Counted from the first letter of the whole stretch, positions 25,897 through 38,721 are shown. The stretch is DNA of 63,230 nt, filler included, from Octopus bimaculoides (GCF_001194135.2; 4 parts of 4 records of this genome joined end to end with filler, not necessarily neighbours in it), one strand, 5' to 3'. Numbers and translations: made by a program. Notes: a model not told the origin generated them from the letters alone.

Positions 25897-26404
25897 ATAG
25901 GCGTAGGAGTGGCTGTGTGGTAAGTAGCTTGCTTACGAACCACATGGTTCTGGGTTCAGTCACACTGCGTGGCACCGTGGGTAAGTGTCTTCTACTGTAG
26001 CCTCGGGCCAACCAAAGCCTTGTGAGTGGATTTGGTAGACGGAAACTGAAAGAAGCCCGTCGCATATATGTATATATAAGTACATATATGTATGTGTGTG
26101 TATATATTTGTGTGTCGAGCAAATCGATCCCAGGACTTATTCTTTGTAAGCCTAGTACTTATTCTATCGGGTCTCTTTTGCCGAACCGCTAAGTTGCGGG
26201 GACGTAAACACACCAGCATCGGTTGTCAAGCGGTGTTGAGGAGGGTGTGTGTTTACGTCCCCGTAACTTAGCGGTTCGGCAAAAGAGACGCGATAGAATA
26301 AGTACTAGGCTTACAAAGAATAAGTCCTGGGATCGATTTGCTCGACTAAAAGGCGGTGCTCCAGCATGGCCACAATCAAATGAATGAAACAAGTAAAAGA
26401 GTAA
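25897..26404 (+). mobile_element. SINE family A with an inverted duplicate of its 3' module
   Basis: Head TGGCTGTGTGG / GGTTCAGTC; 26114-26213 is the reverse complement of 26247-26346. Confidence 0.9.
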
Positions 26405-26570
26405 TATAAGACATTATGTTGTGCGCTTATGACGAAAGAAGCAAAAACAAGGGATGATTTCTCAAATCTAGTTTCTAATGCATTCCAGGTGACTTCGATG
26501 TAATCAGTAATACGGACGCTAATTATATAATTATATCGTCTGCACTATTATCATTGATTATACAATTTCT

Positions 26571-27485
26571 TGCAAGTATATGTCCTTCCGCAGATGTCAT
26601 TGACTCTTCCACTAACCGGAAATACGTGAGTCCACGTGATGATACTGACGTTTTCATTGCCTACAAATGTGTGTCCGTATGATGTCGTCGAACCTCCCAT
26701 TGCATGCAAGTATGTCCCTGTGATACTCTTACCGACCCTCCCAATGCCGCCAGTGTGTTTCCTGGCGATTATGTTATTTGGTCTCCCACTTCATGCATGT
26801 CAGCGGTTATGAAGATATCATCGACTTACCCATTGCCTCACAATACGTGAGTCCTTGCAACGAATTCATTGACTCTTTTAGCGCCTGCAAACGTTTCCTT
26901 ACGATGAAGTCATTGGCTTTCGCTCTCCCTTCAAATATGTGAGTTCTTGTGATGATGTTGTTGACTCTTCCATTGCCTCACAATATGTGACTCCTTTCCC
27001 AATTTCTGTATTTATGTGAGTCCTTGCAACGAATTCATTGACTCTGTTAGCGCCTGCAAACGTTTCCTTTCGATGAAGTCATTGGCTTTCCTTCTGCCTT
27101 CAAATATGTGAGTTCTGGTGATGATGTTGTTGACTCTCCCATTGCCTCAAAATATGCGACTCCTTGCTATGAAGTCTATGGGCTTTCCAAATTTCTGCAT
27201 ATATGTGAGTCCTTGCGATGGTATAATTGACTCCCCTAATGCTTTTAAGTATGTGAGTGTCTTCGCAATGCTGTGAGTGTCTTCGCAATGCTGTGATTGA
27301 CTCTGCTATTGCCTGCAAATATCCGAGTCTTTGTAATGATATGATAGCCATTCCTATAACCTGCAAATATCTAAAGTAGTCATCGAAATGTCGTAGACAT
27401 TGCCACTCTCTACAAATAAGAAATCCCTTATGACGATGTCAGTAACACTACAGTTCTTTGAAAATATGCGTCCCCTTGACGATGG
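26571..27485. repeat. degenerate ~48-bp tandem array with a 169-bp-period duplication
   Basis: Approximate unit AAATATGTGAGTCCTTGCGATGATGTCATTGACTCTCCCATTGCCTGC; 26844-26996 recurs at 27013-27165. Confidence 0.88.
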
Positions 27486-27799
27486 GATAAATCAATATAT
27501 TTTATATATTTTATATATTGTTCACTGAAATGAATTTATGTCCAACTTCCAGTCTAAAACAAATAAATGCTTGTGGGCAATGGCCGCCTTGTTTTGGTGT
27601 TTGTATCTATACCATATCTACTTTTTATTTATAAGTATTTTACTATTTTATGTCATACTTATAAATGTATGTATGTCTGGTGTGTGTTTGCCTAGGTGTA
27701 TGCTTGTTAACAAGTGTAAATGTAGGACATACAGGACACATGTGTGCCTGTGTATATATTTTCACTCCGATTGGTAGATAAGAGTGATCTTTATACATA

Positions 27800-27853
<54 letters not shown>

Positions 27854-28503
27854 NNNNNNNNNNNNNNNNNNNNNNNNNNNNNNNNNNNNNNNNNNNNNNN
27901 NNNNNNNNNNNNNNNNNNNNNNNNNNNNNNNNNNNNNNNNNNNNNNNNNNNNNNNNNNNNNNNNNNNNNNNNNNNNNNNNNNNNNNNNNNNNNNNNNNNN
28001 NNNNNNNNNNNNNNNNNNNNNNNNNNNNNNNNNNNNNNNNNNNNNNNNNNNNNNNNNNNNNNNNNNNNNNNNNNNNNNNNNNNNNNNNNNNNNNNNNNNN
28101 NNNNNNNNNNNNNNNNNNNNNNNNNNNNNNNNNNNNNNNNNNNNNNNNNNNNNNNNNNNNNNNNNNNNNNNNNNNNNNNNNNNNNNNNNNNNNNNNNNNN
28201 NNNNNNNNNNNNNNNNNNNNNNNNNNNNNNNNNNNNNNNNNNNNNNNNNNNNNNNNNNNNNNNNNNNNNNNNNNNNNNNNNNNNNNNNNNNNNNNNNNNN
28301 NNNNNNNNNNNNNNNNNNNNNNNNNNNNNNNNNNNNNNNNNNNNNNNNNNNNNNNNNNNNNNNNNNNNNNNGAATACATCTATGAATGAATGAATTTGGG
28401 AAGAAGGTGGTGTAGAATGAAAATAAGTATATTAGACGGAATGAACAAACTTGGGGAAAAGTGGAACAATACAGAAACGTAAGAACCGATGTATCAAAGA
28501 AAA

Positions 28504-28505
<2 letters not shown>

Positions 28506-28565
<60 letters not shown>

Positions 28566-28865
28566 TGAGGAGGAGAAGCAGGAGGAGGAGGAGGAGGAAG
28601 ATGAGGAGGGTGAGAAGGAGGCGACACAGACATTGTTATAAAGCTAGGGTGTGAATGAGAAGAGATGGGAATGGTGTTATATGTATATATATATATATAT
28701 ATATAAAGAAAGCGTGAGCAGTTGTTTTGTTTTGTTATTTTTGGTTGTTGGTTTTTTAGAGTATACCCGTAAGACAATAGGAAACTGCAAGGACTAATGT
28801 TTGTGAGCGTTGAGGTATGAAAAGAAGTCTATTAAAAAGAATGAAGCAAGAGGAGAGATATAATG

Positions 28866-28940
<75 letters not shown>

Positions 28941-28955
28941 GAGTAAGAAAGAAAG
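28506..28955. repeat. (GTA)n, (GGA)n, (TA)n and (GAAA)n cluster
   Basis: Direct reading. Confidence 0.9.
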
Positions 28956-29246
28956 AGGTGGAAAAGAGAAGTGAAAGTGAAAGTGAAAGTTAAGCGAGGG
29001 AAAGTTGAATGAGCGAGTGATTAATTTATATCTACAGATTTTCTATAGAGTTCAGAGCCAGCACTGAAAGTTACGACGTTTCAATTAAGGGAAAGAGGGA
29101 CGTATGGGGGAGTCGATTTCAGTGTGGGCGGTAATTCTGTGGAAAAATACAAATAAACTTATACAGGCGGAGAGAAGGTTTTGTGTGCATAGACACACAG
29201 ACACACACACGCACACTCATATACGCACACACACACACACATCATA

Positions 29247-29660
29247 TAGCTGCAGGCATGGCTGTGTATTAAGATGCTTGCTTCCCAACCGGATGGTTCC
29301 GGGTTCAGTCCCATTGCGTCACACCTTGGACAAGTATCTTTTACTGTAACCTCGAACAAACCAAAGCCTTGTGGGTGAATTTTGGTAACGGAAACGGAAG
29401 GAAGCCTGTCGTATATATATATAACTACGTGTGTGTGTGTCATTGTGTTTATATTTGTCCCCCACCCTATCGCCGCTTGACGACCCGTGTTGGTGTGTTC
29501 ACATTCACGTAACATTAGCGGTTCGGCAAAAGGGACCGATAGAATAAGTAGTAGACTTTAAAACAATAAGTCGTGGGGTCGATTTGTCCGACTAAAGCCC
29601 TTCAGGGCAGTGCTCCAGTATGGCCACAGCCAAATGACTGAAACAAGTAACAGAATACAG
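29247..29660 (+). mobile_element. SINE family A, full length
   Basis: tRNA-like head, CCTTGGACAAGT core, internal (TA)(TG), 3' GCTCCAGTATGGCCACAG...TGACTGAAACAAG. Confidence 0.9.
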
Positions 29661-30353
29661 TATATATATATAACTACGTGTGTGTGTGTCATTGTGTTTA
29701 TATTTGTCCCCCACCCTATCGCCGCTTGACGACCCGTGTTGGTGTGTNNNNNNNNNNNNNNNNNNNNNNNNNNNNNNNNNNNNNNNNNNNNNNNNNNNNN
29801 NNNNNNNNNCGATCTTATATATACATATATACATATATATATATATATGTATATGTATATATGTGTGTATGTGTGTGTGTGCACGTACGTGTGCATGTAT
29901 GCGTGTATTACTGTGCCTGTGTTTGATCCCCTACATGTACTTGAGAATCGGTGCTGGTGTGTTTACGTCCTCTTAACCTACCCGGTTTAAAACAAATCTA
30001 AGCAGTTGGGGCGATTCATTCCCTTAAAAGATTTTCATGGCGATGCCCCAGTATGGCTGCATTTTAATGACCGGTACGAGTGAAAGATAATATGTATATT
30101 ATGCAATAACGTGTCTATTAATTCTCAATACGATCAGAAGATTCGAACGTGAAGCTGCTGATTCCTGCAGTATTTTGTTTGCAGACAACAGTTTGTCCGT
30201 CTTCAGCATATGTGTTCATAACATACATAGTTCATTGACTTAAGGGGACTTCAAGGCGTCTCTTCAGTCAAACTAACTCTCAATCAATGAACTAAATAAG
30301 AGCAGGGATTCTCTCTGTCTGTCTATCTCTGTCTCTGTCTGTCTGTCTCTGTC

Positions 30354-30388
<35 letters not shown>

Positions 30389-31155
30389 TTCTCTCTCTCT
30401 CTCTCTCTCACACACACGCACACAACACACATATATTTCGGTTTTGTATCTGGTTTGCAAGATTCTTTATGTGAATTCGTGTGTTGGAGCAAATTTTGTT
30501 GTGTCTGGAAAGAGTCATACTCCCTTAATGCCTTAATATCTAACATACTCACCGATTCAAGTGTGGTCTGCGAGGGGCGTAGCTAGATTTTTTAACAGTG
30601 GAGAACACCTCAAATTTTTTCAAATAAAAGTAATTTCATAAAAGTTAATAAAGATAGTATTATTAATGAATTAATAAAATAAAATGTTTTAAAAGATACT
30701 TAATAAAGAATTGATATGACAGAAATCGTTGTCGGAAACGTGTATTTAAAAATATGCTGTCCAATGGTAACAAATAAAAGCACAATGCGGCCCATAGAGA
30801 CCCCTCCAGTTTGACATACCTGGGCTACACTATTACTATATTATATATTTCATTTACATGTATTCAATAGAAACCATTACTGTTAGTCTCTCCTAGCTCC
30901 TTGGAGTTAAATTCGCCAAATCTATTGAAATGGATCTGCTGACGCTAGCTTCATGAAGTTCTAAGGAATCGGTGGTAATGTTGTTCAGTTAAGTTCATAA
31001 AATAACAATATAGAATTATATAACTAAATTTTAAATGCTGATTGTCCTTTATTTCATATTTGAACTTTTCCTGATCAATAAGTTTATGCGTGGGGGTGTA
31101 TAATTAATTCTTGATACAGGCAATTTTTGGAACCATATTTTTTGATTTAAAACTA

Positions 31156-31349
31156 TTCTTTCTTTTTATTCTTGTATTTGTTTCAGTCATTTGACTGCGG
31201 CCATGCTGGAGCACCGCCTTTAGTCGAACAGTACTTATTCTTTGAAAGCCTAGTACTTATTCTATCGGTCTCTTTTGCTGAAACGCTAGGTTACGGAGAC
31301 GTGAACACATCGACATAGGTTGTCAAGCGATGGTGGAGGGACAAACACA

Positions 31350-31392
<43 letters not shown>

Positions 31393-31559
31393 CGAGCTTC
31401 TTTCAGTTTCCGTCTACCAAATCCACTCACAAGGCTTTGGTCAGCCCGAGGCTATAGTTGAAGACACTTGCCCAAGGTGTCACGCAGTGGGACTGAACCC
31501 GGAACCATGTGGTTGGTTGGCAAGCTACTTACCTACCACACAGCCACTCCTGCGCCTAT
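31156..31559 (-). mobile_element. SINE family A, near full length
   Basis: All modules in order on the minus strand, with internal (CA)n. Confidence 0.93.
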
Positions 31560-32160
31560 ACTGAATAAAATCTTCAAAAATGACTGATCGACAAAGATCT
31601 GCTGAAGACAGTAACAGCCCTAACGAAAGAAATATTTCGTCAGGTTTATAGTAATCTGTTTTGTAAAGAATTATTTATATATATTCTCTATAAATGTTTT
31701 TCAAATATGTATAAAGATGAGCATCTGCGTGTGTGTGTGCACGCAATAAGGTAACCACGCAATAAGTTATTTTGTTTGTGGAAACTCTGTCTTGTTCAGT
31801 TGAGTAAATATGCGAGAGGAAAAATTCTCCAGTTGTATTTTCTTATAAACGGTGGCGTCACATGAGAGAAATGCTTTTCGGACCGTGGCTATTCCGAGTG
31901 CGTATCAAGGAGAGAATTCAGCTAAATTTACGGAGAGATCTCCATGTGTTGTTGAACCGGTATGTCGACTAAGTTTGAAAGATAAATTCTTAATGTCTTA
32001 AAGTTATTTTTACTTTGAGTGTTGCAAACAATGATCGTTAGGGTTTTAATTTCTGACGCCACCTATAAGCGACAATTCAAATACATTATGGATGCTTTTC
32101 ACCCTGCTACCAGACACTAGAATTATGGAAGTTTCTTTACAGAATTTAAGTTCCAGTTAC

Positions 32161-32309
32161 CTGTGTTTTGAGGGTAACGGCCTTGAGGAAACTAGATCAA
32201 AGTTGTATCGGTCTTGGTATTTCTCTACTATTTCATCGTTAGCGAGGTGGCGGGAGATATCCATCACTCCATGGGTAACTACTACTTTGCATGGAAGCAT
32301 GGGATATGC
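32161..32309 (-). CDS. candidate internal exon AYPMLPCKVVVTHGVMDISRHLANDEIVEKYQDRYNFDLVSSRPLPSKH(R/S); product uncertain, CDK-inhibitor-like motif
   Basis: Acceptor TTGTATTCTTCTCCAAG, donor CAG|GTAACT, 149 nt (phase 0 to 2), GC above flanks, protein-like composition. Confidence 0.45.
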
Positions 32310-32418
32310 CTTGGAGAAGAATACAAGTGAAATATCCCATGGATATGAGTAACCGAAGGAAATATAAAAATACAAACAGAAGTATTCACGTGCATACACA
32401 CATACAGACAAGACAGAT

Positions 32419-32485
<67 letters not shown>

Positions 32486-32915
32486 TACATTCACGCTGTG
32501 TATTCGTATCTGACGACGTAGAATGACGCAAAATATATACGTTATAGGATCGGGTGACGTTGCGTGTTGGCTCTCAAAATAATTCTCTTCTGAGACTATT
32601 TCTGCAGCAAAATGTCTTCCCAAATTCGAGTGCACACAAGTCACGTAAAATGTGATTGTATATAATTATAAAACCGTAGACATAAATGACTAATTAAGAA
32701 TCTTGCATTTACGTATAATCTATTATTTACACGCGATTCATCTACTTCGCGTTCCAGCTTTAACAACAGTTTGTCTCACGTCTGAGGAAGGATACATACA
32801 CATATATACATACACATATATAGGTACACATATATACGTACACATATATACAAATACATATTTTCACTCGTGCATCAAAGAATATACTTATACTAAGTAT
32901 GTGTATAAATCACTA

Positions 32916-32950
<35 letters not shown>

Positions 32951-33911
32951 ATACATATATATAGATATATATGTATGTATGCATGTATGTATGGTATGTA
33001 TGTATGCATGATTGTATGTAAATATGTATATATATATATATATATATATATNNNNNNNNNNNNNNNNNNNNNNNNNNNNNNNNNNNNNNNNNNNNNNNNN
33101 NNNNNNNNNNNNNNNNNNNNNNNNNNNNNNNNNNNNNNNNNNNNNNNNNNNNNNNNNNNNNNNNNNNNNNNNNNNNNNNNNNNNNNNNNNNNNNNNNNNN
33201 NNNNNNNNNNNNNNNNNNNNNNNNNNNNNNNNNNNNNNNNNNNNNNNNNNNNNNNNNNNNNNNNNNNNNNNNNNNNNNNNNNNNNNNNNNNNNNNNNNNN
33301 NNNNNNNNNNNNNNNNNNNNNNNNNNNNNNNNNNNNNNNNNNNNNNNNNNNNNNNNNNNNNNNNNNNNNNNNNNNNNNNNNNNNNNNNNNNNNNNNNNNN
33401 NNNNNNNNNNNNNNNNNNNNNNNNNNNNNNNNNNNNNNNNNNNNNNNNNNNNNNNNNNNNNNNNNNNNNNNNNNNNNNNNNNNNNNNNNNNNNNNNNNNN
33501 NNNNNNNNNNNNNNNNNNNNNNNNNNNNNNNNNNNNNNNNNNNNNNNNNNNNNNNNNNNNNNNNNNNNNNNNNNNNNNNNNNNNNNNNNNNNNNNNNNNN
33601 NNNNNNNNNNNNNNNNNNNNNNNNNNNNNNNNNNNNNNNNNNNNNNNNNNNNNNNNNNNNNNNNNNNNNNNNNNNNNNNNNNNNNNNNNNNNNNNNNNNN
33701 NNNNNNNNNNNNNNNNNNNNNNNNNNNNNNNNNNNNNNNNNNNNNNNNNNNNNNNNNNNNNNNNNNNNNNNNNNNNNNNNNNNNNTTTTTTTTTTTAAGG
33801 AAGGCGCTACTGACCATAAATATTTTTTGTTGCCTGGTTGCTGCTTTAATATCTATACACGCATATATACATACATACATACATACATGCATACATACAT
33901 ACATACATACA

Positions 33912-33944
<33 letters not shown>

Positions 33945-34149
33945 GCATACATGTGTGTGTGTGTTTCAATTCTTATTTTGTGATTATGATTAGTGATATG
34001 ATTTCAGGTTTTGGATTTGTTAAATTCGGTAGATTGATTGATAGTGATACTACGTGTTGGCTGATTTTAGTTCAGTAATTCTGTTGTTTATGAAAGGGTT
34101 TCAAATCTAACTTAAATCTCCTTTACATTTATTATATATCTCGTGTATA

Positions 34150-34375
34150 ATATCGAGGTCTCATTCTTTTGTTGTCATTGTATTGATTGACCGTTGACTG
34201 AACACTATTCAATTTTTTTTCTCCGTGTTTTTCTCCTTGTCTCCGTATTCTTTCTGTTGAAGAGCGTAGCTCGAAACGTCAAAGACTTTCCGTATTCCCG
34301 AGCGTCATACTAATATATCCTTTTGTTATTTACACCACCTGTCCTCGTCTGTTGTTATTATTTGTATAATCTCCC
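34150..34375 (+). mobile_element. probable Penelope-type terminal repeat with hammerhead-like motif (copy 3)
   Basis: TCTTT-CTGTTGAA-GAGC-GTA-GCTC-GAAACGT-C-AAAGA at 34249-34285; ends at (TA)n. Confidence 0.6.
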
Positions 34376-34960
34376 ATATATATATTTATATATATATACC
34401 CACATAAATGTTTATGTTATTAATGATATATGTATGCTTATATATACATATACATATATATATGTGCGTGTGTGTATAAGCATGCCAAAATATATGCATT
34501 CATACTTACAAGCACAGTTACATGTATGTATATACATATTTATCAGCGTGCATTTATACATATATATTTATAAATATATCTGTGCATGTGTCGTTGTGTG
34601 TCTGTGCGCGCCTGTGTGTGTGTATGCCTGTGTGTGTACATATATTTACGCATCTAAGTATGTGTGTCTGTATGTATGTGTGTGTATGTATGTATGTATG
34701 TATGTATGTATGTGTATGTATGTATGTATGTATGTATTAAACTGAATTATATTTTTAATGCGAATCTTGTTTCATACTCCTACACTCGACTGAAGATCGC
34801 AGTGATCTGAAACGTGACTCGTGAGAAAATTACTTCCGTTTTAATAAATGATATACTCTACATCATGTATTGAGTACATCATTTTGCTTCTGATGATAAA
34901 ACTGTTACATATGAATACACACAGGCATGTAATATATCTGTATGTGTCTGTGTTTGTGTA

Positions 34961-35255
34961 TACGAGATCTGATCAATAAGTATCAGGGCTATTGCCATAG
35001 TAACGAAGCTAAAGCATGCAAAGTGAAGCCGCTTGGCACCGATTGATTTTGACCTTTGTTGTGTATGTTCACTAAATTTTAACCATCTCGCTTACTTCCA
35101 CTGATTACAGCATTGCTTGGAAGGAAGGTGTGTAGCATGTGATCGTCACATTGATCATGACAGCGAAATTTGAGCGGAGAATCTGCATCGAATTTTGCCA
35201 AAAGCTAGGCGATACCTACTCAGAAGCCTACGCAAAATTTTCAAAAGGTTTTCAT
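34961..35255 (+). mobile_element. mariner-like DNA transposon 5' end
   Basis: TACGAGATCTGATCAATAAGTA terminus; MTAKFERRICIEFCQKLGDTYSEAYAK matches the mariner transposase N-terminus (EQR.CIKFC.KLG....E). Confidence 0.7.
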
Positions 35256-37616
35256 TGTTGTCAACCCAATCAATGAGATCTTTTGNNNNNNNNNNNNNNN
35301 NNNNNNNNNNNNNNNNNNNNNNNNNNNNNNNNNNNNNNNNNNNNNNNNNNNNNNNNNNNNNNNNNNNNNNNNNNNNNNNNNNNNNNNNNNNNNNNNNNNN
35401 NNNNNNNNNNNNNNNNNNNNNNNNNNNNNNNNNNNNNNNNNNNNNNNNNNNNNNNNNNNNNNNNNNNNNNNNNNNNNNNNNNNNNNNNNNNNNNNNNNNN
35501 NNNNNNNNNNNNNNNNNNNNNNNNNNNNNNNNNNNNNNNNNNNNNNNNNNNNNNNNNNNNNNNNNNNNNNNNNNNNNNNNNNNNNNNNNNNNNNNNNNNN
35601 NNNNNNNNNNNNNNNNNNNNNNNNNNNNNNNNNNNNNNNNNNNNNNNNNNNNNNNNNNNNNNNNNNNNNNNNNNNNNNNNNNNNNNNNNNNNNNNNNNNN
35701 NNNNNNNNNNNNNNNNNNNNNNNNNNNNNNNNNNNNNNNNNNNNNNNNNNNNNNNNNNNNNNNNNNNNNNNNNNNNNNNNNNNNNNNNNNNNNNNNNNNN
35801 NNNNNNNNNNNNNNNNNNNNNNNNNNNNNNNNNNNNNNNNNNNNNNNNNNNNNNNNNNNNNNNNNNNNNNNNNNNNNNNNNNNNNNNNNNNNNNNNNNNN
35901 NNNNNNNNNNNNNNNNNNNNNNNNNNNNNNNNNNNNNNNNNNNNNNNNNNNNNNNNNNNNNNNNNNNNNNNNNNNNNNNNNNNNNNNNNNNNNNNNNNNN
36001 NNTATATAAAACGGATTGATACATTGTGGTATGCAGTTTAAAGCTCCCCCACAGTAATCGGCTACCTGATGTCAACAACAGTATGTCAGTATATGCCACT
36101 GGATTCAGTTCAGGAATCCCATTGTGTCTGTAGAGTTTATTCGAAAAGGATGAGAGACAGAAATTTAAACTCACGTGACTCTTTATTCAGAACCACTTCG
36201 ACTGCAATCATTTCGATTCATCATGCAACCCTACTTTACAGGTGAGATGCTGTACTATGAATTATAGTGCATTATAGGTGCAGACGCATGCCCTTAAGTA
36301 ACTTCTCAAAAATAGTGCCTCGATTTTGACTTGGCGTTTCGCTTATTTCTATAACAATACATTTTAGTTAGTGTAGCATTCCATCTGTCTTCATAATGAA
36401 TGACTTGACACAGAATGCAAGAATCTTTCTCATATAAGCGATAAAGACCATAAAAAACATATGATAATATAAAAGGATAAAAGAATATGGAATAAAAAAA
36501 CGAATAAAATCAAATGAAATGGAATACACCGATAATAAGACACAGTTATACAAAAGAAAATAAAAAAATATTCGAGATCAGAATAGAGCAAAAAACAAAA
36601 ACAAAAAAAAAACAATCGGAAATTTCTATGGACATTTATATGACATCGAAACAAATAAGTTAGCTTATATATACAATATATGCGTACGTATAAATANNNN
36701 NNNNNNNNNNNNNNNNNNNNNNNNNNNNNNNNNNNNNNNNNNNNNNNNNNNNNNNNNNNNNNNNNNNNNNNNNNNNNNNNNNNNNNNNNNNNNNNNNNNN
36801 NNNNNNNNNNNNNNNNNNNNNNNNNNNNNNNNNNNNNNNNNNNNNNNNNNNNNNNNNNNNNNNNNNNNNNNNNNNNNNNNNNNNNNNNNNNNNNNNNNNN
36901 NNNNNNNNNNNNNNNNNNNNNNNNNNNNNNNNNNNNNNNNNNNNNNNNNNNNNNNNNNNNNNNNNNNNNNNNNNNNNNNNNNNNNNNNNNNNNNNNNNNN
37001 NNNNNNNNNNNNNNNNNNNNNNNNNNNNNNNNNNNNNNNNNNNNNNNNNNNNNNNNNNNNNNNNNNNNNNNNNNNNNNNNNNNNNNNNNNNNNNNNNNNN
37101 NNNNNNNNNNNNNNNNNNNNNNNNNNNNNNNNNNNNNNNNNNNNNNNNNNNNNNNNNNNNNNNNNNNNNNNNNNNNNNNNNNNNNNNNNNNNNNNNNNNN
37201 NNNNNNNNNNNNNNNNNNNNNNNNNNNNNNNNNNNNNNNNNNNNNNNNNNNNNNNNNNNNNNNNNNNNNNNNNNNNNNNNNNNNNNNNNNNNNNNNNNNN
37301 NNNNNNNNNNNNNNNNNNNNNNNNNNNNNNNNNNNNNNNNNNNNNNNNNNNNNNNNNNNNNNNNNNNNNNNNNNNNNNNNNNNNNNNNNNNNNNNNNNNN
37401 NNNNNNNNNNNNNNNNNNNNNNNNNNNNNNNNNNNNNNNNNNNNNNNNNNNNNNNNNNNNNNNNNNNNNNNNNNNNNNNNNNNNNNNNNNNNNNNNNNNN
37501 NNNNNNNNNNNNNNNNNNNNNNNNNNNNNNNNNNNNNNNNNNNNNNNNNNNNNNNNNNNNNNNNNNNNNNNNNNNNNNNNNNNNNNNNNNNNNNNNNNNN
37601 NNNNNNNNNNNNNNNN

Positions 37617-37747
37617 TGTTTTGGGGGAAAGAACAGTAAAAACCAAGTCCTTAACAGGATTTGGTGTTTTGTCGACGCCTGGTGGGTTATTTGGCAAAAG
37701 TGATTGAAAGTTGTGAGACATGTCGCTTAGAGATGTGTTAGAAATTG
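37617..37747 (-). CDS. candidate exon running into a gap: ISNTSLSDMSHNFQSLLPNNPPGVDKTPNPVKDLVFTVLSPKT; possible FN3-domain start
   Basis: Acceptor CATTTAATTTTCCAG; only one frame open; PNPVKDLVFTVLSPKT resembles the FN3 first strand. Confidence 0.33.
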
Positions 37748-37761
37748 CTGGAAAATTAAAT

Positions 37762-37885
37762 GTTATCATCATCATCATCATCAGCATTGCCGTCGTCGTC
37801 GTCATTGTCGTTTTCGCCGTCGTCATCCTCGTTGTTGGCATCATGATCATCAACATCATCAACATCGTCATAATCATCATCGTCG

Positions 37886-37922
<37 letters not shown>

Positions 37923-38095
37923 TATCATCATCATCAACATCGACGTCATAATCATCGTCAACGTCACCATCATCTTCGTCGTCGTCATCATCGTCATCGT
38001 CATCGTTGTCGTCGACATCATCATCACAATCGTCATCGTCGTCATTTTTCATCATCGTCGTCGTCGTTCTTAGTCATCATCATCATCTAAACCAT

Positions 38096-38127
<32 letters not shown>

Positions 38128-38135
38128 TCATCAAC
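37762..38135. repeat. (CAT)/(CGT)n tract
   Basis: Direct reading. Confidence 0.95.
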
Positions 38136-38677
38136 GGCTGCCGCAGTAGCAGAGATCGAGAATACTCCATGGAGTCACTTTTATACAAAGATAGATTTAC
38201 AGAAAAGGTAAAAAGATGAGAGAGAGAGAGAGAAGGAGAGTGGGTACGAGAGAGAAAGGAAGAGAGAAAGTTATGTAGAAATGATATAAAGTTTTCGCAT
38301 GTGTGTTTATAGAAAGACTATAAATACATACATGCATACATGCATATATGCATACACACCCACACACATTCTCCCCCCACGCGGCCCCCCACATATATAT
38401 ATACAATCATATATATACATGAATATGGAAGAGTTTTAGAGGTGTTAAAACCATGTGTCGATGGTTACAGCCTTCACGGAATGAGTATGCAAGTGTGGAT
38501 GTGGATTCTGCTGTGATTGAGATTAGACAAGGTTTTGGAAGGAGGGAATAGGAGAACGAGAATTCACGAATCGAGCTGAAAAAGTGGGAACCACAAGAAT
38601 AAACTCATGTTTAATGAAAGCGACAGAAATATCGTTATTAAACAAATAAGATGGAAAATGATAACTGGGAAGATAAC

Positions 38678-38721
<44 letters not shown>

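Noticed and set aside
26571-27485. CRISPR-like array
   Set aside because: Units are contiguous and degenerate with no unique spacers, no cas genes, and the context is eukaryotic.
29661-29747. Exact copy of 29412-29498
   Set aside because: Ends at a gap edge and is 100% identical; probably a contig-overlap artefact.
30553-30567. 15-nt minus-strand microexon
   Set aside because: The acceptor lies in an AGGGGCGTAGCTAG sequence resembling a DNA-transposon terminus; too short to support.
32161-32309. Noggin/trunk N-terminal resemblance for the candidate exon
   Set aside because: Only about 7 of 50 identities, lacks the conserved LG, and no cystine-knot exon was found.
37756-38073. Poly-Asp, poly-Met or poly-Ile 'protein'
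   Set aside because: (CAT)n tract open in several frames; no unique coding content.
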